Below, piece after piece: positions 48,912-62,371 of a DNA stretch of 64,000 bases. Position 1 is the stretch's first letter. The number at the start of each line of letters is the position of its first letter. Under the pieces are notes generated by a model that was given only the letters and a program-made list of their open reading frames with translations, was not told the DNA's origin and made no database searches. The position numbers and the translations under genes were made by a program. The DNA lies in assembly GCA_037379345.1 (NCBI GenBank), contig CM074515.1:15004001-15068000 (forward strand). The letters are read 5' to 3'. The DNA is from Perna viridis. Its lineage: Eukaryota.

Positions 48912-51900
48912 ATGACGGTGATATACCAGTACAAAGTCGCAAACACAGGACTAGGGACTTTTGTGAAGCTATTGCTAAGATGGCGGGGTAGTGTCTACAA
49001 ACTTCTGTACAAAGAAATGATTATTTACTCCAGCCTCTATATTGCTATTTCTTTGACTTATAGGCTAGCCCTAAATAAGGGACAAAAATTGTAAGTATGT
49101 CACTAACTATTGACAAAAAGTACCGAAAGTAAAATATTAACTTCAAGTTATTAAAAAAAAAAACACACACGCTTCATAAAACAGTTTATATGTTTTGCAA
49201 TCCACGCATGTCTGGCAAAAGTTTCTTTAAACAATACAAAATTTTGAGGGCTTAAAATGCAACTAACTACTGTTGACTTTACGATAAAATACAAGCATAT
49301 ATGTATCATAATTGACCTTTGATCCTTTAGAATACAACGACAATACTAAGTTAAATAAACTGCATTTCATCACCATAAATACAGTCGAACTTCACTCGCT
49401 CGAACTCGGATGGCTCGAACACCTGGAATTTCTCGAACACAATTCAAAGTACCAAAATTGTCTCCTATATAATCAATATAGATAACCTTGGATTTCTTGA
49501 ATTTCGATTTCTCCAGTGCTTGAACTGACTAGTCGTTCCATTCGGTAATAAATCTTGGAGAATAAACCTCACTAACTCCAACTCGTCAGCAATTTTGTCA
49601 GCTTGGGTAATAAAAGGTGTGAAAAACTGAAACCCTATCATTAATCAGTGTCATTTTAATTAATTACAGGTAAAATTTAAGTCATCACTAATTAGGTAGT
49701 TTTGATCTTTAATATAACACTGATTGAAGTTCGAGAATGTTACGAAGTCGGTATGATAAAAGCATGAAAGAAAATCGGATGAAAACAAATTATTGACCAA
49801 GGAACTCGAACTCTGAACGTTTTTAAAAGCGAATACAGCATTTTTAATGTCCAAAAATCAACATAATCTTCCGAAAGCGAACGAAAAAGATCTACGAACT
49901 AACAAAACTTCGTAGGAAGTAGGCAATTTCTAACAATAAAGTCGAACTCGGACCGGCACCGAAAAAAATCCGGAAATATACGAACTTCAATTTCTCGAAC
50001 TCCCGATAACTCGAAAACATTTCACTGGTCCCTTGAGGTTCGAGCTACCGAGGTTTGACTGTATGTCTATTTTGTCAATTAAAATGTCCTTCGTATTTGT
50101 GAACTAAAAGAAAATGTCACATGATCATCTCAATTAAATCATGCTAATTACAAATTAATTTTCTGTTAATTACGTTTTCTCATTAATGCAAAAATACCCA
50201 TGTATGACTAGTTTATCACATACAAGTATGTAAATTGTGTAAACGACAAACACAAGTTTTGAAAAACCCAAAATTTCTTTGTATTGTACTGATGAGAGAA
50301 ATATCAGACCAAAACAAAGTACACATGTTTCAAGAATTAACCTCTCATTGGCAGCGTTATACCAAATACTACACAAAAGTAAACTGTATACAGGAAGTAC
50401 AAAAAAAACAAGAAATAAGTAGTCAAATCCAACACATTTAAGTTCAACCAGAGTTTGTCAAGGAAGTTACATTATTGTAGCCCCATGTTAATACAAAGGA
50501 TGAAGCCTTTTTAGGGATCTACAAAAATCAATATTGATAACATTTTAGCGTAATATTATAGGTGCTTCAGTCTCTCTTTATTTATGTTTGTTGTTGTTGT
50601 TATGCTTGTAAAAATGGCTTGAAAGTGCAACAATCAAACCTTCATAGTAAAGCTCATTTATACGTTGGATAATGAAGGGGAAATAACTCGTGAAACCTAT
50701 AAATCCAATTTTGTCGAAAAAATATGGACATAAATTAAATGATTGTTATAATATTATAGAATGTTTGAGAAAGTGGTTATTTCGTGTCATCAATATACTA
50801 CATACATACCCTTATCCTTCGTCCTGGGTTTCTATGTAACTATGGTAGTATCAAGATGGTGGAGACAGTTTGAGAATTTTCCTTGGCCAGACAGGTATGG
50901 AACATACAATGACAAGAAAACAATTCATATATTAAACCCTACACAGTTCGAATCTTTTGTTTAAAAAGTTTTACCTATTAGCATCCATTCAAATGATAAA
51001 TTACGCAAATGCAAATAATATTACGTTATAACTACACTGTTAATTCATGTTTAATACTCTCATAATGCATGATCAAATAGAAATATTTTTACAAATGATC
51101 TGATTTCAGAACTATATTCATGTTGTGTTGTTACCTACCTGGGCAGACAGATAGGAAAAGATTGTTCCGGAGGACTGTTGCTAGGTACATGATGTTCGGA
51201 ATTATTCTGATAGCCAGATCTGTTAGCGTGGCGGTGATGAAAAGATTTCCAACTCTGGACCACATAGTAGAGGCAGGTAATTACACAACATTCTTTTCAG
51301 TAAAAATGGATACTACTTAAAATAAAATCAAATATGTTCTAGTTTATGCTGAAACGGATTCTATACTAAGAGTAGGTTAGGTGAAAAAAAATTAAAACAA
51401 TTCAAAGTGAATTAAAGTTCAAAACTTTCAGCTTAGAAATTCAGATAATAATATGTGTTTAACAAAAGCTTTTTGTCAATTGCAATAAATATATCAACAC
51501 GTTCATATAGTAATATTTTTATTACAGGATTCATAACAAAAGAAGAGGCTTCAATGTATGAAAATATTGAGTGTAAATACAATAAATTCTGGGTACCATT
51601 CATGTGGGTAAATACAGTGTTAGTAACGGCTCGGAAGGAAGGATTGATACAGACAGACTTTGGATTGAGGATGGTTATAGAGGTCAGTCGATACCTTACT
51701 AATCTAGTATGAATGGGTTTTTTTCAAGTACATTACAAAATAGATTCAACCTTTTTTACCTTACTGGTGCACCTGGTCCATGCTACCAGTTTTTAGTGGA
51801 GTCTGAATTGCTAATTTGCTTTTGTTACTTTGCATGTATTATTTTATTATATGTTCTTTGTTGTGTTTGTCTGTTTTTCCATGTCTGGTCTTTGTCCCTG

Positions 51901-54900
51901 GATTACATTCTTTTGATTTCCGCCATAATCTTGGTTCCATTGATTACTCCTTTAAAAACTATAAATGAAGTTTTGAAGTAAGAACAAAGACAAATCTCTT
52001 TCTAATCTTCATCATCTTGAAGATAATATGTTTGATTGATCTGAAACAATCAAACTTTTGTCTGCATCTGCTTGCTTCCTAAAGCCTACAAAAAAATTAC
52101 ATATTCAAATGTTTCATCTTATCCTTTAGCCTGTAGCAAACATCAGAGATACATGCTCTCGCTGTTTTGTTTTTGACTGGATCACAATTCCTCTCGTCTA
52201 TACACAAGTAAGTTGGTAATACTACGATGTTTGATTCATTATCTACGTGTAGGTGTTTCGTGAATATGCTGTTAAATCTAAAAATGAAGATATCACCAAA
52301 GTTCTTTTCCATTTTGATAATCGATTTAATTGTTTGGGTGATTCACTGTTGGCATCCTTAATATATGTGCGGTTATAAAAGTAAACAAAATGGACAGAAT
52401 AATAAACATACATGCTGTAGTATCACATGATAACTGTAAATCATTTATTTTATGAAAGTCAAATTTCGTGGCTTACCAAAATTTCATAACACCCTCTCCT
52501 AAGTTATATTCATTATAAGGAAACCTTTTCGCGACCATATATTATATAAGCTAAAATAAATCGCTCGTGAAAATAAGTTACCTTACAGTGTATTAGCATA
52601 TTATTTGGACTTATTTTGATTTGTGCGTAGATGGAGATTCACATTTTCAAAATATACCTTCTTCAATTCCACAAAAGGATCGTTATCTTAAAAAAACAAA
52701 TGACACCATGAACGTCGTTTTAAAGAATTTAAATTCATTCTTGAATGGCATATGGACTTATTGGTTTCTATGTCTTTTCTTTTTAACATCAAACATAATT
52801 GCATCCATCAAAAGAAAAAGTAGATCATATATTGTGTAAAATCATTTGCTTATATGACTAAAATGTCCTTAAAATGTATAAAGGTTACACCTGTTTACAC
52901 CAAATTCTGTGTTACATCTTAAGTCGTTGACACAATTCATTTGATTTGTCTTCTTCATGACATGAAATATTTATGTTATGTTTTGTCATTTTTCTTTGTA
53001 TACGTTTTCTTCAAAACGTGCCACTACTATGTTAGTAATTAAGGAATGAAAATGATTTCGTTATTATGTCTTTAGTATTATACTAGTATACGTTTTACTA
53101 TAACTTTGATTTGGCCTTTAAAAATATTTCATTTAATGACATCCTTAAATTTTCCAATAAATTTAATTCGTGTGAGAAGAATGTTTTTAGTTTTAGTCTC
53201 CGAATCTGCCTACAAGATAAAGAATTTATTGACAGTTGAAATGGTTTTTAATCTTGTGACCAGGTTGTTACATGGGCTGTACATACATACTTTGCCACAA
53301 CTCTTGTCAGTCAACAGTTTTTAGATCCATCAAAGAACTACAAAGGACATGAAACTGACTTCTACCTCCCAATCTTCACACTGCTTCAGTTTTTCTTCTA
53401 CATGGGTTGGCTGAAGGTAGAGTATTATCGAAGTAATTTATTGTTGTCATCGTTTTTCAGACTTAACAAAGTTATTGTCAACTGGGGTTCTATAACATAT
53501 CAACGTTTCAGGTTGGCTATAATTCACTTACATTCCCCTAAAATTACCAACTAAGTAAGTCAAGTCAGGAACAAAAGCGAAATGTTGAAATGATCTGTAT
53601 TAGAGATCCTTACATATTCATGGGGATAAGAAGTTTATTTCAATTTTTGTCATTGATTAGGAGGATAAAAAACGAGCAATATAAATATGCTTGAAGAGTC
53701 TACATCAACAGTGAACTCTTGTGAATAATTTTACAGCTTCAGTATATGAATTTATGGCGCCTGCTTTATCGACCATTAGTTATAGAAGTTAGTTGACAAG
53801 ACCATTTGACTTTAAGTATATGTTTTATAAGATGTACTTCTTGTTTAAAAGGTAGCGGAACAGTTAATAAACCCATTTGGTGAAGATGACGATGACTTTG
53901 ACATTAACTGGTTAATTGATAGACATGCCGCTGTAGGTATTTTTGCTGACTGTTAATAGAAAGTATTTTTGCTGGTATCGGCTCGTTTGTTTTGTTTTGT
54001 TTTGTTTTGTTTTGTTTTATTTCTTCTTTTTTAAAAAGAATAGCGAGACTTTCATTGCATTTCGTAATGAATTGTCAGTTTGAATAATGATGAATGGTTT
54101 AATAGTTACTTCACAGAAATAGGTACATATAAAAAGGATTGAATATTGCTAAATATTGATTGCAAATCTAGGTTTTTATTTGTTGTTAGAATTACCTTGA
54201 ATTAATTTAGCTGTCCTATGACCTTATGCCAAAATTGCGGTGTCTTTTTCCGTTTCGTTTCTTGCATTTAGAGTTATTGTAGTGTCCAACCATTTAACTA
54301 TAATTATAGTAAAATAATAGGTAGTAATGACCTTGGTAGACCAGATGTGTGATCAATGTCCTCCACTAGTGAAAGACATGCACTTTGAAGATACATTCAC
54401 GGACTTGCCCTACACCGAAGCTTCTATGGCATCAAAGAAACCAATGTTCCTCGGTTCAACATACAATCTTGCGTAAGCAATTTTAAATTCTGATGGCTAT
54501 TTCTTCACTAATATTATACTAGAATTATATCAGGGTATTAACTTACGCGTTTACACTTTAAGAAAGCAATTTCTTACTTTTTTATATTTTTTATGACAGG
54601 ATTGTGACTTGTGATTATTGCAGCAATTAGATCTTTAAGGATATAAAAGTCTTTTTGAAATATTAAGTTATGTGAAGGGAATAAATTTAATCTCATATAA
54701 AATTATTCCTTTCTACATTTCTCACGTTTTAAGGTCACCGACAGTCAAGGGACAGAGGATGGTATTGTTTGAAACAGGAGACGTTGAATCACAACGACAC
54801 ATGTCATTTAGCAGTAACCATGGAGGTGGCTCTATGGCCAGTGTAGTAACAGGGCGGTCCTCATATACGTATGTTGTAAATTTAAAACGATCAGTACAAG

Positions 54901-56799
54901 TTACCAAAAACCAAGAAGTCAAAGTCAACAAAAACAATTGATATTTTTACAAAGACATTACACAAAATCAAGAAATCAAGAAAGACAAGTAAAACAGCAA
55001 AGACAAACAAAAACAAACAATGTCTGTATGTGCTTTTGATTGTAAAATGATAGACATTATATATTCTAAGATAGGTAAATAACATAAGAAGCGAAGGAAC
55101 TTGTACATTATATTATAGAATAAGTATTAAATTGAATTACTCGACTATTTTCAGAAAACCAAGGTTTTTCATGAATTCACACGATCATTTGTACAACGTT
55201 CCATTGGACAAGCAATACGTTGATTACCACCAAATGCCAAATGGACATAATCCAGATACCGTCAGTAATTTTGACGAAGAAATAGATCTGAGAAACAAAA
55301 CCAGATTAAGACCACCACGCATGAGCAAAAGACCATCTTGGTCGTCTGATTCTAGTCTTACAAAGAGGGCTCTTGCACGTGTAGTATCCATGGGAAGAGA
55401 CAGGTCTAATACTGACTCACGGGGGAAACCAAGGAGACGGAAAATCAGTTTTCCACTACATTTAACTAATTTCTTCAGAAGAAATGACTCTCGGAAAATT
55501 TCGTGTGAATCAACATCAACTGTTCGATCTTCGGCATCAGCACCAAGAAAAATATCTACTGTATCTGCAAGAGAGGACCTGGAGCGAGATTTTGAATATG
55601 CTCAAGAATATGTTCCTCTGAAACGAGCAAGTGTTGAAAACAATGAATTCTCAAACACAACTAAAAACAATGAACGAAAAAGAAAAATAAGTTTTCCACC
55701 AAACCTTGAAACTCTCGGCGAAGATAGAGTTATCATGGCAGGCGATAAAGGTAGCAGGTATGGTGTTACAAAAATATGGTTTATAATTCATTTTTTTATA
55801 CTTAATGCATCACCTTTTTTTAATTTATCTGATCATTTTCATATCGTTTATATCGCATCTTAAATCTGTTTGTACATTATATTTTTATGGGTTCGTTTTT
55901 TATATCCTTACTTAATTCTGCTTATTTGTAGGTTTTCGCCACACCCAATTTCACTTTAGTCTCCTCACTAATTTGATTTAGTTTGCACTGTTACTTTTAC
56001 TCGACAGCTACTTTGCAGGATTAACTTGATACTTTTATTTTCAAATTAACAAATCATTTTAGATTTACTGTCGAGAAGGTATCAGATGGTTCCGACATAG
56101 AACCAAATACATTTCAAAAGAGAAACGCGCAGAAGATAGAAAAGGCAATTTCTGATCACACAGTGTCGCGTGCACCGTTGTTGTCTGCTATTGAAGAAGG
56201 TGGAACCATAACCAGCATTTCACAACTTGAGGAAACCGGCCGAAAAATTACACCAACAACACCAACGATTGACGAGGAGGAAATGTGAGTAGTTATACAT
56301 GTATATCTTAGGGGCAATCAAGATTACTTAACAATCGTCAAGAAATCTTTGAATCATCTAACATTTTTGCTGTCAATGATATTCCAGTTGATTGAAGTTG
56401 AATTTAAAAATTTTCGATAAAACTCACGGATACCATCAAAGGTAAGAATATAGAAGGTAATAAAAAAGCTTGACAAATCGAAAGTGACTATCGGTAATAC
56501 TTACATGCATATATATCACGTGACAGCAATTTTATTTTGTTAAAAAATCTAGTCAAATAGAAAGTTACCTGAAAATAATTTAAATTAAAAATATTTTGAA
56601 TATTTTGAATACAAAACATTTTCAATATCCTAAATTTGTCACCAGAAAAAGTCCGGACAATTAGCAACTGTCTATTGTCAACGTTCCCAATAAGTAATTG
56701 GTGCATTTTTTCAGATTCGAAGGTTCTCAAGAAGTTTCAGAAACTGTGCCAATGATTCAAGTTAATGGTGAAGAAATTGACGATACACGCATGTTATAG
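48912..56799 (+). CDS. BEST: Bestrophin (Ca2+-activated anion channel), about 714 aa, 12 coding exons
   Basis: Exons 48912-49090, 50760-50894, 51110-51276, 51528-51682, 52130-52207, 53264-53416, 53852-53932, 54321-54472, 54734-54868, 55155-55757, 56063-56284, 56715-56799 (2145 nt). Motifs [72 protein letters not shown] and FLGST. Paralog not assignable; last exons less certain. Confidence 0.93.
49382..50061. mobile_element. Tc1/mariner (pogo/Tigger-like) MITE in the first coding intron of bestrophin
   Basis: TA|CAGTCGAACTTCACTCGCTCGAAC ... GTTCGAGCTACCGAGGTTTGACTG|TA: 24-bp imperfect TIRs, TA duplication, repeated CTCGAAC subterminal motifs. Confidence 0.8.
52433..52589. mobile_element. Short degenerate TIR element
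   Basis: ACTGTAAATCATTTATTTT ... AAAATAAGTTACCTTACAGT imperfect inverted ends. Confidence 0.5.
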
Positions 56800-57039
56800 A
56801 AATTATCGCTACATCCCTCTGTTTTAATTTCTACAAGAATCGCTGTCACCCTTGGTGTCGCTGATCCATTTCTTTCTATTTCATTATTTATATGGTAAAT
56901 ACTTCACAATATTCAGTCTTCCCTAATACTGATGAACTTTGCGTCGATTAAACACTTTCATATAAATTTATACACAAATAAAATCAAAGATATTGCCTGG
57001 AAATAAAATAAACTTTTTTGCCTTAACTTTATATGCTGC

Positions 57040-57443
57040 CATTTTGTCCCCGACGCAACTCGGAAGAGACAAAGATGCGTCCGTCTGCACCTTTGACTTT
57101 GAAAACGCAACTCCTCGGAAAACTCTTTACGGATTTAGTTCAAATGTTGTAGTTTGTTATTCACCATATGTAGTTGATCATATTGCACTGCCATTTAGAT
57201 TCGACAAATTTTGCAGGAGTAATTGAACATTTTTGATATTGTACAGTCTATACCAATGGAACACTTTGTGGACGCCAAATCTCGGAGACCGCTGTACGGA
57301 TTGTGTTCAAAATTTGCAAGTCTGTTAGCCACAATATTGCACGGCAAGTTTGTTTCTACAAAATCTACAGGAGTTATGGGACTTATGCGCTTCAACTTTT
57401 TTTGCGGAGGCAGAGGACATATGGTTAGGCGTAGCAATCTTGT
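57040..57443. mobile_element. HINE/pearl-like element with two diverged internal units
   Basis: Starts ttttgtcccc..gtccgtc; duplicated 'gac/aacgc.a.tc.tcgga.ac..t.tacggattt.gttcaaa' near 57105 and 57270; ends gcagaggacat..atcttgtt. Confidence 0.5.
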
Positions 57444-57702
57444 TATAATTCAGCCCATTTAGCTTGGTTTAATTTCATACCATACATAATAGTATATATA
57501 ATATGACAGTTGACTAATAAACTGTACTAATGATTCAAGTTAATGACGAAGAAGTTGATGATACATGCATGATATATGAAGTCTTCGCTACTTCGCTCGT
57601 TACGTAACCTCTGATCTATATTCAACAAAGGATTGTTCACCTACATTCATATAGCGAAGTGTCTTCAATTCTACATTCCTAACCCTGAATGCAGTTAAAA
57701 GA

Positions 57703-57705
<3 letters not shown>

Positions 57706-57735
<30 letters not shown>
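57706..57735. repeat. (TA)n microsatellite
   Basis: Direct observation. Confidence 0.9.
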
Positions 57736-57740
<5 letters not shown>

Positions 57741-58299
57741 TTCTATTGTAAATAAGTTAAGTGACTACAATGATCAAATGTCAAAGGCAAAGAAATAACA
57801 GAATGCTCAAAGGTAAATATTGACAAAAATAAAGCGAAGCATCTAAATAAAAAAACAATTCAGAGACATCAATATCCATGTACATGATAAAACGTGATAC
57901 AGAGACTATTTACATACATAATGTAGACAATTAAACAAAATACAACTACAAATGTACATAAATAAAACCGAATGAAAACAAAACAGTAAATAAAAAAATA
58001 AACCATATGCAATATGGACTCGATGAAAATAACGAGAGTGACATCAGGCGCTCCAGAGGGTGAGCATGTCCTGCTCTGTCGGTGACATTTGTTCCACTGC
58101 AAATTAGTAATAATACGGTAAAAGTCAATTAATTGGGTTGTAAATCCGGTTATACGTGAAATCTAGCTGAAATTCAGATAGCAGAAAGCTTTTTTCTTGT
58201 CTTTATATACCTCATTAGATAGCATTTGTATGCATTGATAATAATAATATTTTGGGTATATACTCATCTACTTTAATGAAGATATCTTATGATTTTTTC

Positions 58300-59130
58300 T
58301 ACATTTCAAGCCATGTACTCAACAGATAGTCAAATAGTAGACAATCACATTCCTAACACAGATAAGCTACAACTAAAAACCAGTGCTCTAATTAAGTTAA
58401 ATAAACTAATTATGAATTATTGTAATAAATTTTATGAATATAATTGTGTTAACTCTTTTTGGATTGTAAAAAACTCGTTGTAAGTTTTGGATAAATTACA
58501 TGCTTTGGATAAACCCGAAGAAGTTAACAGTTCTGATTTCTCCACACTTTACACTCTTCCACATTACCATAATAAACAGAAATTGTCTTATTAAATTTAT
58601 CAAATGGTGTTTCGATAAAACAGATCAAAAATATATTTGCTATCATAAAGAATGGTCGTTTCTTAGACGAACAAAACAAATATAAAACTTATAGATGTAC
58701 TTACTGGATCTGTGAGGACATTGTAAATTCAGTCAATTTTCCTCTTGGCAACATTTATATATTAATATCCTTTTCGGTGATTAAATTCATCGAGAGGTTG
58801 TAGGGCACAAATTGGGTTCTTTTAATGGCAGATCTATTCCCGTATTGTTATGAATAAAATACACTACTAAAATATACCTTAATGAAATGACTTTAAATAA
58901 AGCTAATAAGGACAGACTTAATTGTCCTTTTCTGGATTTGGAAGTTTCCATTTCACATGGTAAACTCAAAACAAACAAAAATACGACAAGAGGGACGATT
59001 TCTCGTTTCCAAATATTAATTTTCCCTTCCTTGATGGGAACATTCCTTTTAATAAATAAAGCACAAAAGTTTAAACAGAATCCTAAATATTTAAATAATC
59101 TTATCCGTAAGATTTGTCTTCGTTTGTCAT
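58300..59130 (+). mobile_element. Heavily decayed Penelope-like RT fragment
   Basis: Remnants VNSFWIVKNS, SDFSTLYTLPH and YLNEMTLNKANKDRLNCPFLDLEVSISHGKLKT..YDKRDDF, with many frameshifts. Confidence 0.7.
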
Positions 59131-59925
59131 TGTAAAATCTTTGAATTGTGCTTTATTTGTTCTAATATTGACTCTCTTGTTTATAAATTAAACAATAATT
59201 AACTTTATTATATTTCATCCTGCTTACTTTTTATCTTGGCATTTGGACGAAAACCTTGTTTTTCTTAGACATCTATTGACATGTTTTCACTAAATTCTGT
59301 TGGATGTGTTTTATTGATACGTTTGTTTGAGTATGCTAGGTATGCTATTCAGTTGATTTCGGATATTGAAGAAGCTTACAGGTTTACTACAAACGTTCTA
59401 TCAAAACAGTGAAAAGGCATAAAACCGCATATTTACAGGATTTTTTCCGCGGTTCATAGCCTCATCCATGTGTCGGTTTTGTGTAAAGTCAATGCAATTA
59501 TTGTTTGTATAGACAACAGAGTTACATAAACTGTAGTTTAGGCAAACGAACACACCTTATCATTTGGAAAGAAAATGACTCGGACCTGTTTGATGGTTCT
59601 TACGCTTAGACTATTAAATACGAAATTGTAGTCTATTCTGCTGTCCATATTGTGTATGAAGATATTGCCTCTGTTCCCTATTCTTTTTTTTTTTTTGGTA
59701 TAATTATTCTGTAATCACATTTTAAATCAGTATACATTTTGATTCTAATAATTACAGTCCACAGAAATATTTCGCTGCAAAATTTTGTCAATCACTTCTG
59801 TAATTCTCCTCTTTTCTTCCTACTGGTTTAAACTGCATCCGTCACCAGCTTTTATACTGTTACCATGTACGGCAGGCGGAATGATTTCTTGCTAAACGCT
59901 ACACTATCAAATGCTTTGTTTAAGC

Positions 59926-62046
59926 CAAGGATGGACGTGATTACTTTCAACAGTAATCGATTATTAATCGATTACATGGGTTGTTTCCATTTTCATTTTA
60001 AAGATGTAATCGATGATTCCTTTCGGTTACTTTTGGTTACATTTCTCAGAAGGCAAAAAAGTATATAATGCTCAATATATTTATATAAAGAAAAAACATT
60101 AAATTTCAAATACCAGATCAAAGGGTAATTCACATATTGATAAAACTTAAATATCACATTGGCACTATCATTATAATTTTGTGAAAACTGTCATCACAAA
60201 GTCGCCTGTCAGACTTACAAATTATACAGATCTCAAAGGTACCTTTCAATTCCATCTCAACTTCTTCAAATACTATATTATAGTGTTAAGTTGAGAATTG
60301 TTTGCCTGAGGGAATTTCATATCTAGGATCAAGCATGTTTATAAGAATTTTAAGGTATGGAGTGCGGGGAAAAGTGGTGATAATGTACTAGTTATCATGT
60401 ACACTATAGTAACCTTTTGCTTTTGTTATTTTTATTTTCATATCGATTTAATTTCTTTTGAATAGACTGGGCAAGGTTTTTTTTCTATTTTTTTTTAATG
60501 TTTGCTCTGATAAAGCTTTAGTTTTTTTACATCTTTCAAAAACTAAATTGTTAATGGTCATCTAGTCTATCGGTACAACTACCAAACAATTATTGAAATC
60601 GCTATGAATCTTTATGTTTCGGAGGGGTTTTTTTTGTTTTTTTTTTTTATTATTATTAATATTTAAACATTATTTTAAATAATGTCTTTTATTCTGTTTG
60701 TTTTATAATATTTCGATAAAATTTAAAAAGAATTTCAATTGGACATGATTTAAGTAAAAGAAAACAAAAAAAATAATTATATATAAATATATATATATAA
60801 ACGTCTCAGAATGTGACGACTCTATTCGCTACACTGCTCCATCGGATCAAATTGATACAGGGAAGATATATAAACGTATAGAAAGGTCTGAAAAATTCCC
60901 AGCGATGTTAGAATTGCCAAATTTGCGATGCAAATTTTCGGTCGTTCCCTCCGCGGGACTCGAACTCGTACCGCTATGACAACACCACCTGCACCTGCCC
61001 CAGACCACTCGACCAACTAGGCTATATATATATATATATATAATCAAGTATAAACTACACCCCAACTCTAGAATCGAATTTGGTCGCTCCCTCAGCGGGA
61101 TTCGAACCTCTTCTCTTCTCTGACATTTGCTTTTGTTACTTTGTATGTATGATTTTAGTTACTTTATATTGTTTGTTGTGTATGTCTGTTTTCCATGTCT
61201 GGTCTTTGTCCCTGGATTACATTCTTTTGATTACCGCTATAACCTCGGTTCCCTTGATTACTCTTTCGTTAACCGAGTGATACTTCCTCGCAAGTAAATC
61301 TAGAGTGCCAACATTAGCACATGATGTAATTGAATAGGACAACCTCTGACGGTACCCAGTAGAGGATCTGTTAGTAACAATATACAAATACAGCCACACA
61401 AAGTATATAATACATATAAGAAGTCTAATGGGGTGAGGCAACTCTACCATCTTACTTGATGGTACATTATTGTGTAGATACATAACATGCACGGCGAGGA
61501 TCAACATAGTATGTTAATACAAGAATGTATATATATATATAATTAAGTCTAAACTACACCCCAACTCTAGAATCGATGCAAGGTTGCGAACTCCCTCAGC
61601 ATTATATGTATAATTTCCTGGAGACACATACAATTAAGGACAATATTAAATTAATTTATTATTAAACTATTAACACGTTTGGTAAAACATGATATATTTA
61701 AATTTGTCTGTAATGATTATATACCAAATTAAAACAATATTCATGATGCATTAGGATATGATACATGATAGCATATTTCATTATTATAAACATATTTTCT
61801 ATTCAAATATCATTAGTAAATGGGTTTTTTTCTTGAAAATTACACAAATGCACTGCTTTTAAACCCCAAGATTCCAAAATGTAATTGAATGTAATTGAAA
61901 AGTAATCGATGATTACAGAGTTTGGAGAAGCTGTAATCAATTAACTTTCGATTACAAGTAATTGCAATCATTGATGATTACGGATTACTTTCGAATACTC
62001 ACTATGTTATTATGGATTACAGTCGATTACGATTAACCCAACCCTG
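59926..62046. mobile_element. hAT-like non-autonomous element (about 2.1 kb) hosting nested insertions
   Basis: Flanks gtttaagc (59918-25) and gtttaaga (62047-54) form an 8-bp TSD with one mismatch. Ends CAAGGATGG / CCAACCCTG; GTAATC/GATTAC subterminal clusters at both ends. Confidence 0.6.
60797..61025 (-). mobile_element. Apparently full-length tRNA-headed element flanked by (TA)n
   Basis: Minus strand has TGGTCGAGTGG (A box) and GTTCGAGTCCC (B box); body matches 28652-28960; TA tracts on both sides. Confidence 0.7.
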
Positions 62047-62371
62047 GTTTAAGATCCTAATTACTAAATTATTTGGGCCATAACCACGAAATTGAATCGG
62101 AACTTTCCCTCGTACAGTTTCATTAAGTTACTATCTGGAATTCCCGTGAACTTTTACTTCAAGAACCGCATAAAAATGCATTTTAATAGACCTTTCATTT
62201 TTTTAACATACTAGTACATGTATGAAAAATAGTGCAAATGGTTTTATCAAAATAAATTGACTTTTTTGCTAATATCGGAAACTGTAAATGTAAACTGATT
62301 AAAAGTGCAGAAATCATCTAATCGGGGCTATAATTTATTTCATATGACCAAAGTTGTGTGATTACTCTTGT

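Noticed and set aside
56780-56799. CFTR-like DTRL PDZ ligand at the bestrophin C-terminus
   Set aside because: The protein ends DTRML, which places Arg rather than Ser/Thr at position -2.
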